Origin: the human T2T-CHM13v2.0 reference genome, Homo sapiens | Direction: 5' to 3' (one strand) | DNA length: 64,000 bases | Assembly (NCBI RefSeq): GCF_009914755.1 | Contig: NC_060934.1 | Shown here: positions 1-11,900 of the stretch, in pieces | How the letters are laid out: the number at the start of each line of letters is the position of its first letter | Numbering within the stretch: position 1 is the first letter of the stretch | The notes under the pieces: model-generated | What the model was told of the DNA's origin: nothing | Seen by the model: only the letters and a program-made list of their open reading frames with translations | Databases searched by the model: none | Position numbers and translations under genes: made by a program

Positions 1-3000
1 GCAGATTTTACAAAACCAGTGCTTCCAAACTGATCAATCAAAAAACAGGTTTAACACTGTGAATTGAATGCAGACATCACAAAGCAGTTTCTCTAAAAGC
101 ACCTTTATTGTTTTAATCTGAAGATATTTTCATTTTTACCATAGGCCTCTGTGTGCTCCCAAATATATCTTTGCAGATTCTATGAAAACATTGTTTTCAA
201 ACTGCTCAATCAAAAGAAAGGTTTAATTCTGTAAGATGGATGCACATATCACCAAGCAGTTTCTCAGATAGCTTCTGTCTAGTTTTTCTCTGAAGATACT
301 TCCTTTTTCACTTTAGGAGTCAAAGTGTTCCCAAATAATCATCTGCAGATTCTATAAAAATGGTGTTTCTGAACAGTTCTATTCAATGAAGGATTTAACT
401 GTGTGAGATGAGTGCATAAATAAGAAAGCTGTTTCTCTTAACACTTCATCCCAGTTTTTATCTGAAGATATTTCCTTGTTCACCATAGGCCTCTTTGCCC
501 TACATAATACCACTTCACAGGTAATACAAAAACAGTGTTTCCAAACTGCTCAGTCAAAACAAATGTTTAACTTTATGCGATGAATGCTCACCTCCAAAAG
601 CAGTTTCTCAAACAGGTTCTTTCTAGTTTTTATCTGAAGGTATTTCCTTTTTCACCACAAGCTTCAATGGGTTCCCAAATATCACTTCACAGATTCTGCA
701 AAAAAAGTGTTTCCAAACTGCTCATTCAAAAGAAAGGTTTAACTCTGTGAGATGAATGCACACATCACAAAAGACTTTCTCAGACAGCTTCTATCTAGTT
801 CTTCTCTGAAGATATTTGCTTTCCCACCATAGGCCTCAATGCACTCCCAAATACCCTTTGGAGATTCTACAAAAACATTGTTTCTAAACTGTTCCATCAA
901 AAGAAGGACTTAACTCTGTGAGATGAATGCAACATCTGAAAGCAGTTTCTTATAATACTTCTTTCCAGTATTAATCTGAAGATATTTCCTTTATCAATGT
1001 AGGCATTTTTGCACTAATATCGCTTTGCAAATTATACAAAAACAGTGTTTCCAAACTGCTCAGTCAAAACAAAGGTTAACTCTGTGAGATGAATGCACAC
1101 ATCAGAAAGCAGTTACTCAAAAAAATTCTTTCTAGTTTATATTCGAAGATATTTCTTTTTTCACCACCATCCTAACTACTCTTCCAAATATCCCATTGAA
1201 GATTTTACAAAAACAGTGTTTCCAAACTGCTCCATAAAGAACAGGTTTAACTCCGTTAGTTGAACACACAAATCACAAAGCAGTTTCTCAGAAAGCTTGT
1301 TCCTAGTTTTTATCTGAAGATATTTCTTCTTTCACCATAGGCATCAGTGTGCTCCCAAATATCCCTTCACAGATTATATGAAAACGGTGTTACAAAACAG
1401 CTCAATCAACAAAAACGTTTACCTCTGTGAGAAGAATGCAAACATCACAGATCGATTGCTGAGAAAGCTTCCTTCTAGTTTTTATCTGAAGTAATTTCCT
1501 TTTTCACCATACACTTTGAATGCTTCCAAATATCCCTTCACAGATTGTACAAAAACAGTGTTTCAAATTGAACAATCAAAAGAAAGGTTTACCACCGTGA
1601 GATGAATGCATACATCACACAACAGTTTCTTAGAAAGCTTCTTTCTAGTTTTTATCCGATGATATTTTCTTTTCACCATAGGATTCAATGTGCTCCCAAA
1701 TATCCCTTCACAGATTCTACAGATACAGGCTGTCCAAACTGCTGAAAATTCTTTTCAGACAAGAAAAGAAAGGTTTAACTGTCTGGAGTGAATGCACACA
1801 TCACAAAGCAGTTTCTCAGATAGCTTCCTTCCAGGTTTTATCCTGGGATATTCACTGTTTAGCCATTGGCCTCAATGAGTTCTGAAATGTCCATTTGCAG
1901 AATGAATGAAAACAGTGTCTCCAAACTGCTAAATCCCAAAAACAGTTTAACTCTGTGATGAGAATGCACACATCTCAAAGCAGTTTCTCAGAAAGCATCT
2001 TTCTAGTTTTTATCTAAAGATATTTCCTTTTTCACCGTAGGCCTCAATGCACTCCAAAACATCCCTTTGCAGATTCTACAAATACAGTGTTTCCAAACCG
2101 CTGAATGAAAAGAAAGGTTTAACTCTACGATGTGAAAGCACACATCACAAAGCGGTTACTCAGATAGCTTCCTCCTAGTTTTTATCCTGGGCTATTCACT
2201 GTTTTGCCATTGGCATCAATGAGCTCCCTAATATCCCTTTGCAGACTCGACAAAAACAGTGTTTTCAAAAAGCTCCATCAGAAGAAAATTTTGTCTCTGT
2301 GAGATGAATGCAGACATCAGAAATCAGTTTCTCTGAAATCTTCTTTCTAGTTTTTATCTAAAGATATTTCCTTTTTGGCCATAGGCCTCAATGTGCACCA
2401 AAATAGGCCTTTGGAGTTCCTACAAAAACCTTGTTTCCACACTGATCCAACAAAGGAAAGTTTTAACTCTGTGAGATGAATGCACACATCACAAAGTAGT
2501 TTCTCAGAAAGCTTTTGTCTAGTTTTTCTCTGAAGATATTTCCTCTGTCAACTTATGCTTCAATGAACTCCAAAATATCCCTTCGCAGATTCTGCAAAAA
2601 CAAATTTTCAAAACTGCTCAATCACAAGAAATGTTTTACTTTGTAAGATGAATGCACACATTGCAAATCAGTTTCTCAGAAAACGTCTTTATAGTTTTTC
2701 TCTTAAGATATTTCCTTTTTCACTATAGGCCTCATTGTGCTCCCAAATATCCCTTTGCAGATTTCACAAAAACAGTGTTTCAAAACTGCTCAATCAAAAG
2801 AAAATGTAATTCTGTGAGATGAATGCACACATCACAAAGCAGTTTCTCAGAAAGTTTCTTTGAAGTTTTCATCTGAAGATATTTCCTTTTTCACCATAGG
2901 CATCAATGAGCTCCCAAATATCCCATCCCAGATTCTACAAAAACAGTGTTTCCAAACTGCTCTGTCAAAAGAAGGGTTTAACTCTGTGAGATGAATGCAC

Positions 3001-6000
3001 ACATCACAAAGCAGTTTGTCAAAACGCTTCTTTCTAGTTTTTATCTGAAGATATTTCCTTTTTCACAATAATCCACAGTGTGCTCCCTAATATACCTTTG
3101 CAAATTCTACAAAAACAGTGTTTCCAATCTGCTCAATCAAAATAAAGGTTTAACTCGGTGACATGAATGCACACATCAAAAATCAATTTCTCAGACAGCT
3201 TCTGTCTAGTTCTTCTCTGAAGATATTTCCTTTTTCATCATAGGCCTCAATGTGCTCCTAAATATCCCTTCCATATTGTATAAAAATAGTGTTTCTGAAC
3301 TGTTCCATTAAAAGAAAGATTTACCTCTCTAAGATGAATGCACACATCAGAAACCAGTTCCTAATAACACTTCTTTCCATTTTTTATCTGAAACTATTTC
3401 CTTGTTCAACATAGGCCTTTTTGCGCTACCTAATATCACTTAAAAGATTATACAAAATCAGTGTTTCCAAACTGCTCAGTCAAAAGAAAAGTTTAATTCT
3501 GTAAGATGAATGCATACATCACAAAGCAGTTACAAAAAGCTGCTTTGTAGTTTTTATCTGAAGATATTTCCTTTTTCACTATAGGCTTCAGTGTGTTCCC
3601 AAATATCCCTTTGCAGATTCTACAAAAACAGTGTTTCCAAACAGCGCAATCAAAAGAACCTTTTAACTCCATGAGAAGAATGCATACATTACAAAGCAGT
3701 ATTACAAAAGCTTATTTTTAGATTTTATTTGAAGATATTTCCTTTTTCACCGTAGAACTTCAATGTGCACCCAAATATCACTTTGCAGATTCTACAAAAA
3801 CTGTGTTTCCAAACCGCTATATCAAAAGAAAGGTTTAACCCTGTGAGATGAACGCACACTTCCCAAAGCAGTTTCTCAGAAAGCTCTTGTCTCCTTCTTC
3901 AATGAAGATAATTCCTTTTCCACCTTAGGCCTCAATGTGCTCCCAAATATCCCTTCTCCAATTCTACAAGAACAGTGTTTCCAAACTGTTCCATCAAACG
4001 AAGGACTTAACTCTGTGATCTGAATGCACACATCAGAAAGCAGCTTCTCAAAACTCTTCTTTCCACTTTTAATCTGAAGATATTTCCTTTTTTACCATAG
4101 GCTTTTCTGTGCTAGCTAATATCCCTTCACAGATTACACAAAAAGTGTTTCCAAACTGCTCAGTCAAAAGAATGGTGAATCTCCTTAAGACGAGTGCACA
4201 CATCACAAAGCAGTTTCACAAAAAGCTTCTTTCTAGTTTTTATCCAAATATATTTCCTTTTTCACCATAGGCCTAACTGCACTTTCAAATATCCCATTGC
4301 ATATTCTACAAAAACAGTTTTTTCAAACTCCTCAATCAAAAGAAAGGTTTAAATCTGTGGGAAGAATACACACATCACAAACTGGTTTCCCACAAAGCTT
4401 CATTATACTTCTAATCTGAAGTTATTTCTTTTTTTACCATTAGGTAAGTTCAATCCCAAATATCCCTTGGCAGATTCTACCAAAACACTGTTTCCACACT
4501 GCTCAATCAAAAGAAAGCTTTAACTCTGTCAGATGAATGCACACATCAGAGAGCAGTTTCTGAGAAAGATTCTTTCTAGCTTTTATCTGGAGATATTTCC
4601 TTTTTCACCACAGGCCTCAATGTGATCCAAATTAAATATTTGCAGATTCCACCAAAAGTTCGTCTCCAAATGGCTCCATCAAAGGAAAAATTTAACAATG
4701 TGAAATGAATACACACATCACAAATCAGTGTATCAGAAATGGTCTTTCCAGTTTTTATCTGAAAATACTTCTTTTTTCACCATAGGCCTCTTTGTGACAC
4801 AAAATATCACTTCACAGGTTATACAAAAACATTGTTTCCAAACTTCTGTGTCAAAAGAAAAGTTTAACTCTGTGAGATGAATGCATATATCACAATGTAG
4901 TCTCTCAAAAATCTTCTGTCTAGTTTTTATACGAAGATATTTCTTTTTTCACCAGTCTTCAATGTGCTCCCAAATATCCCTTTGCAGATTCTACAAAACC
5001 AGTGTTTTAAAACTGCTCTATCAAAAGAAAGATTTAACTCTGTGAGATAAATACATACATCAAAATGCAGTTTCTCAGATAGATGCTGTCTAGTTCTTTT
5101 CTGAAGTTATTTCCTTTTCCACCATAGGCCTCAATTTGCTCTTAAATGTCGCTCCACACATTCTATAAAAACAATGTTTCTGAACTGTTCCATCAAAAGA
5201 AAGATGTAATTCTGTGAGATGAATGCACACATCAGAAAGCAGTTTTTCATAACGCTTCTTTCCAGTTTTTATCTGATGATATTCCCTTGTTCACCATAGG
5301 CCTTTTTGTGCTACAAAACATGGCCTTGCAGGTTATACAAAAACATTGTTTCCAAACAGCTCACTCAAAAGAAAAGTTTAAGTCTGTCAGGTGTATGCAA
5401 AGATCACAAAGCAGTTTCTCAAAAAGCTTCTTTCTAATTTTCATCCAAAGATATTTCCTTTTTCACCATAGGCCTCAGTGCGATACCAAATATTGCTTTG
5501 CAGAATATACAAATACAGTGTTTCCAAACTGCTCAATCAAAAGAAAGATTTAACTCTTTGAGAAGAATGCACATTTCACAAAGCAGTTTCTCGTAAAGAT
5601 TCTCTCTAGTTTTTCTGTGTAGCTATTTCATTTTTCAACATAACTTCAAAGCACTCAAAAATATCCCTGTGCTGACAAATATCTCTTCACAATATAAATC
5701 CCTTCACAGATTCTACAAAAACAGTGTCTCCAAACTGTTGCATTATAAGAAAGGTGTACCTCTGTGAGATGAATGCACACATCAGAAAGCAGTTTCTCAT
5801 AACGTTTCTTTCCAGTTTTTATCTGAAGATATTTCCTTTTTCGACCTTTGCTTTTTGAGCTACCTAACAACGCTTCACAGATTTTGCAAAAACAATGTTT
5901 CCAAACTGCTCAGCCAAAACAAAGATTTAACTCTGTGAGATGTATGCACGCATCACAAAGCAGTTTCTCAAAAACTTCTTTCTAGTATTTATCTGAAATT

Positions 6001-8946
6001 TTCCCTTTATCACCATAGGCTTCAATGCGCTCCCAAATAACCTTTTGAATATTCTACAACAACACTGTTTCCAAACTGCTCAATCAAGAAACAGGTTCAA
6101 CTCTGTGAGTTGAATGCACTCATCACAAAACATTTTCTCAAAAATCTTCTTTCCTGTTTTTATCTGAAGATATTTCTTTTTCACCATAGGCCTCAGTTGC
6201 ACTCCCAAATATAACTTTGCAGATTCTACAGAAACAGTGTTTCCAAACTGCTCAATACACAGAAAGTTTTATTCTGTGAAATGAATGCACACATCACAAT
6301 GTAGTTTCTCAGAAAGTTCCTGTCTAGTTCTTCTCTGAAGATATTTCCTTTTTCACCGTAGGCCTCAATGCACTGCCCAATATCCCTTCACAGATTCTAC
6401 AAAATCAGTGTTTCCAAACTGTTCCATCAAAAAAAGAACTGAACTCTGTGAGATGAATTCACACATCAGAAAGCAGTTTCTCATAATGCTTCCTTCCAGT
6501 TTTTATCTGAAGATATTTCCTTGTTCACCATAGGCTTTTTTGCATACTCAACTTCGCTTCACAGATTCTACAAAAGGAGTGTTTCCAAACTGCTAAATGA
6601 AAAGAAATGTTTAACTCTGTGAGATGAATACACACATCACAAAGCAGTTTAACAAAAAAGGTCATTTCTAGTTTTTATCCAAAAAATTTCCTTTTTCACC
6701 GTAGGACTCAGTGTGCACCCAATTATACCTTTGAAGATTCGACAAAAACAGTTTTTCCAAATGGCTCAATTAGCCAAAAAGGTTTAACTCTGTGAGACAA
6801 ATGCACACATCACAAAGAAGTTTCTCAAAGGCTTCTGTCTAGTTCTTCTCTGAAGATATTTCCTTTTCCACCATAGGTCTCGATGTGCTCCCTAATATCA
6901 CTATGTAGATTCTATAAAAACAGTGTTATCGAACTTTTCCATCAAAAGAAGGATTTAACTCAGTGAGATGAACACACACATCAGAAAGCAGTTTCTTATA
7001 ACTCTTCTTTCCAGTTTTTATCTGATATTTCCTTGTTCACCATAGGCCTTCTCATGCCACCTAACATTGCTTCACAGATTATAGGAAAACAGTGTTTCCA
7101 AACCACTCAGTCAAAATAAAAGTTTAACTCTGTGAGAAAAATGCATACATTGCAAGGCAGTTTCTCATAGAGCCTCATTCTACTTTTTATCCAAAGATAT
7201 TTCCCATTTCACTGTATTCATCAGTGCTCTCCCAAATATCCCTTTGCAGATTCTACAAAAACAGTGTTTCTGAATTACTCAGTCAAAATAAACATTTAAC
7301 TTTGTGAGAAGAATGCACACATTACAAAGCGATTTGTCAGAAAGCTTCTTTCTAGTTTTTATCTGAAGTTATTTCCTTTGTCACATTGGACCTCATGCAC
7401 TCCCAAATATCCTGTCACAGATTCTGCAAAAACTGTGTTTCCAAATGGTTCAGTCAAAGGAAAAGTTTACCTCTGTGAGATGAATGCATACATCCAAAGC
7501 AGTTTCTCAAAGAGCTTCTTTCTATTTTTTGTCTGAATATATTTCCTTTTTCACCAAAGGCATCATTGTGCTCCCAAATATCCCTTTGCAAATTCTACAA
7601 AAACAGTGCTTCCCAACTTCTCAACAGAAATAAACGTTTAACTCTGTGAGAAGAATGCACACATCACAAAGCAGTTTCTCAGAAAGCTTCTTTCTAGTTT
7701 TTATCTCAAGTTCTTCCCTTTTCGCCATAAGCCTCCTGCACTCTGAAATATCCTTTTGCAGATTCTACAAAAACAGTGATTTCAAACTGGTCAATGAAAG
7801 GAAAGTTTTAATTCTGTCACGTGAATACACATATCACACAGAAATTTCTCAGAAAGCTTCTCTCTAGTTCTTCTCTGAATATATTTCCTTTTCCACCATA
7901 GACCTCAATGGGTTCCCTAATAGCCCTTCACAGATTCTACAAAAACAGCATTTGCAACCTATACCATCAAAAGAAGAACTTAGCTCTGTGAGATGAATGC
8001 ACACATCAGAAAGCTGTTTATCATAATGCTTCTTTCCAGTTTTGTCTGAATGTATTTCCCTCTTCACACTAGGCTTTTTTGCATTACCTAATATCGCATC
8101 GCGGATTTTATAAAAACAGTGTTTCCAAACTGTTCAGTCAAAAGAAAGTTTTAACAGTGTGAGATGAATGTACACATCACAAAGCAGTTTCTCAAAAAGC
8201 TTCTTTCTCGTTTTTATCCAAAGATGTTTCCTTTATCACCATTGGCCACAGTGCGCTCCCAGATATACCTATGCAGATACTACAATAATAGTGTTTCCAA
8301 ACTGCTCAATCAATACAAAAGTTTAACTTTGTGACAGGAACGAACACATCAGAAAGCAGTTTCTCATAACACTTTTCCCAGTTTATATCTGAAGATATTT
8401 CCTTTTTCACCATAGGCTTTTTTGTACTGCCTAATATTACTTTGCAGAGTTTGCAAAAACAGTGTTTCCAAACTGCTCAGTAAAAATAAAAGTTTAACTC
8501 TGTGAGATGAATGCACACATCACAAAGCAGTTTCTCAAAAACTTCTCTCTAGTTTTTATCTGAAGATATTTCCTTTATCCCCATAAGCTTTAATGTGCTT
8601 CCAAATATCCAGTCACAGATCCTACAAAAACAGTGTTTCTAATCTGCTCAATAAAAAAACCTTTTTAACTCGTTAGTTGAATGCACACATCACAAAGTAG
8701 TTTCTAAAAAGCTTTTTTCTAGTTTTTATCCGAAGATATTTCCTTTTTCACCATAGGTGTCAATGCACTCCCAAGTATACATTTGCAGATTCTATGAAAA
8801 GAGTATTTCCATACTGCTCAATCAAAAGAAAGGTTTAACTCTGTGAGATGAATGCACACATCACAAAGCAGTTTCTCTGATAGCTTCTGTCTAGTTGTTC
8901 TCTGAAGATATTTCCTTTTCCACCATAGGACTCAATGGCCTCAAGC
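1..8946 (-). repeat. Alpha satellite layer A (ancient-type monomers), left part
   Basis: Diagnostic variants aaagCagtttctc, ggttTaactc, tttatCtgaagata and aaaacagtgtttcc. A recurring monomer 'cataac/cataat...cttctttccag...ccttgttcacc...ggcctttttg' occurs at ~438, 950, 3362, 4050, 4740, 5248, 5798, 6482, 6997, 8023 and 8365. Confidence 0.8.
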
Positions 8947-11900
8947 ATTTAACTCTGTGAGAGCAATGCTGACATCAGAATGCAGTTTCTCACAAAATGT
9001 CTTCCTAGTTTTTCTCTGAAGATATTTGCTTTTTCACCATAGACTTCATTGCACACTTCCAATTTCCCTTCACAGATTCTATGAAAATTGGGCTAAGAAA
9101 CTGTGTCACCAAAAGAAATGTTTGATTCTGTGAGATGAAATCACACATCACAAAGCAGTTTCTCAGAAAGCTTCCTTCCATTTTTCTCTGAAGATATTTC
9201 TCTTTTCACAACAAGCCTTAATGTGCTCCCAAGTATCCCTTCATGGATTCTTCAAAAACAGTGATTCCAAAATGTCCCCCAAAAAGAAAGCTCTATCTCT
9301 CTGAGATGAATACACACACCACAAAGTAGTTTTTCAGACAGTTTCTGTTTAGTTTTTCCCTGCAGATATTTCTTTTCACCATAGGCCTCAATGCACTCCC
9401 AACCATCCCTTCACAGATTCTACAACTACAGTGTTTACAAACTGCTCCATCAAAAGAAAAGTTTAACTCTGTGAGATGAATGCACAGACCACAAAGCAGT
9501 TTCTCACAAACCTTCTTTCTAGTTTTTGTCTAAAGATATTTCCATTTTCACCTTAGGCCTCAATGTGCTCTGAAATATCCCTTTGCAGTATATATAAAAC
9601 CAAGGTTAACAAACTGCTCCATCAAAAGTAAGATTTAACTCTGTGAGATGAATGCACACATCACAAAGCAGTTTTGCAGAAAGCTTCTGTCTAGTTTTTA
9701 TCTCAAGATATTTCCCTTTTCACCACAGGCATGAAAACACTCCCAAATATGGCTTCACAGATTCTACAAATACTGTGATTTCAAACTGCTCCTTCAAAGG
9801 AAAATTTTTTTTCTTTTTTTTCATTTATTATTATTATACTTTAAGTTTTAGGGTACATGTGCACAATGTGCATGTTAGTTACATATGTATACATGTGCCA
9901 TGCTGGTGCGCTGCACCCACTAACCCATCATCTAGCATTAGGTATATCTCCCAATGCTATCCCTCCCCCCTCCCCCCAACCCACAACAGTCTCCAGAGTG
10001 TGATGTTCCCCTTCCTGTGTCCATGTGTTCTCATTGTTCAGTTCCCACCTATGAGTGAGAATATGCAGTGTTTGGTTTTTTGTTCTTGCGATAGTTTACT
10101 GAGAATGATGATTTCCAATTTCATCCATGTCCCTACAAAGGACATGAACTCATCATTTTTTATGACTGCGTAGTATTTCATGGTGTATATGTGCCACATT
10201 TTCTTAATCCTGTCTATCATTGTTGGACATTTGGGTTTGATTCAAAGGAAAATTTTAACTCTGTGAGATGAATGGACGCATAACAAAGCAGTTTCTCAGA
10301 AAGCTTCCTGCTACTTTTTCTCTGAAGATATTTCTCTTTTCACCACAGGCCTTAATGTGCACTGAAATATCCGTTTGCAGATCTTACAACAACAGGGACT
10401 CCAAACTGCTAAATCAAAAGAAAGGTTTATCTCTGTGAGATGAATGCTCATATCTCAAAGCAGTTTCTGAGAAAGCTTCCTTCTAGTTTTTCTCTGAAGA
10501 TATTTATCTTTTCACCACAGGGATCAATCTGCTACCAAATATCCCTTTGCAGATTATACAAAAATAGTTATTCCAAGCTGCCTCATTAAAAGAAAGATTT
10601 ATCTCTATGAGATGAATGTACACATCACAAAGTAGTTTTTCTGAAAGCTTCTTTCTAGTTTTGCTATGAAGGTATTTCTTTTCAAAATAGATCACAATGT
10701 GTTCCTAAATATCCCTTCACAGATTCTACAAATACAGTGTTTTCAAACTGCTCCATCAAAAGAAAATTTTAACTCTTTGAGATGAATGCACACATCACAA
10801 AGCAGTTTCTCAGAGACCTTTCTAGTTTTTGTCTAAAGATATTTCCATTTTAACCATAGGCCTGAATGCACTCCAAATTAGTCCTTTGCAGTTTATTCAA
10901 AAGCAAGGTTAAGAAACTGCTCCATAAAAAGAAAGGTTTAACTCTGTCACATGAATGCATACATCACAAAATATTTTCTATGATAGTTTCTTTCTAGTTT
11001 TTCTGTGAAGATATATCCTTTTCCACATGAGCACCAAAGGTACTCATAAATATTCCTTCACCAATTGTATAAAAACAGTGTTTACAAACTACTCCATCTA
11101 ATGAAAGTTTTAACTCTCCAAGGTGAATGCACACATAACAAAGAAGTTTCTTAGAAAGCTTCTTTCTCGATTTTCTCTGAAGATATTTCCCTTTTCACCA
11201 TAGGCCTGAATGCTCTCCCAAATATCCCTTCACGGATTTCTGCAAAAAGAGTGATTCCAAACTGCTCCATCAAAAGAAAGATTTAAGTCTGTGTGATGAG
11301 TGCACACATCACAAACTGGTTTCTCAGAAAGCTCATTTATAGTTTTTCTCTGAAGATATTTCCTTTTTTCCTGTAGGCCTCAATATGCTCTGAAATATCT
11401 CTTCACAGATTCTACAAATACAGTTTTTCCATAATGCTCCATGTAAATACAGTTTTAACTCAGTGAGATGAATGCACACATCAGAAAGCAGTTTCTCAGA
11501 AAGCTTCTTACTGGTTGTTCTCTGAAGATATTTCCTTTTTCACAGAAGGCCACATTGTGCTCAAAAATATCCATTCACAGAAACTACAAATACAGTGTTT
11601 CCAAACTGCTCCATCAAAAGAAAGGTCTAACTCAATGAGTTGCATGAGCACATCACAAAGCAGTTTCTCAGAAAGCTTCATTCTAGTTTTTGTCTAAAGA
11701 GATTTCCATTTTCACCACAGGCCTCAATGTGTTCCAAAATATGCCTTCACAGTTTATACAAAAACAGGGTTAATAAACTGCTCCATCAAAAGAAAGGTTT
11801 AACTCTGTGAGATTAATACATGCAACACAAAGCACTTTCTCAGAAAGTTTCTCTCTAGTTTTTCTCTGAAGATATTTCCTTTTCACCATAGGACTCTATG

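Noticed and set aside
9652-10173. 173-aa ORF crossing from satellite into L1 (also 34525..34839, 53512..53727, 55289..55570, 59902..60205)
   Set aside because: These are chance read-through or antisense frames of L1 3'UTR/ORF2 sequence, a common artefact.
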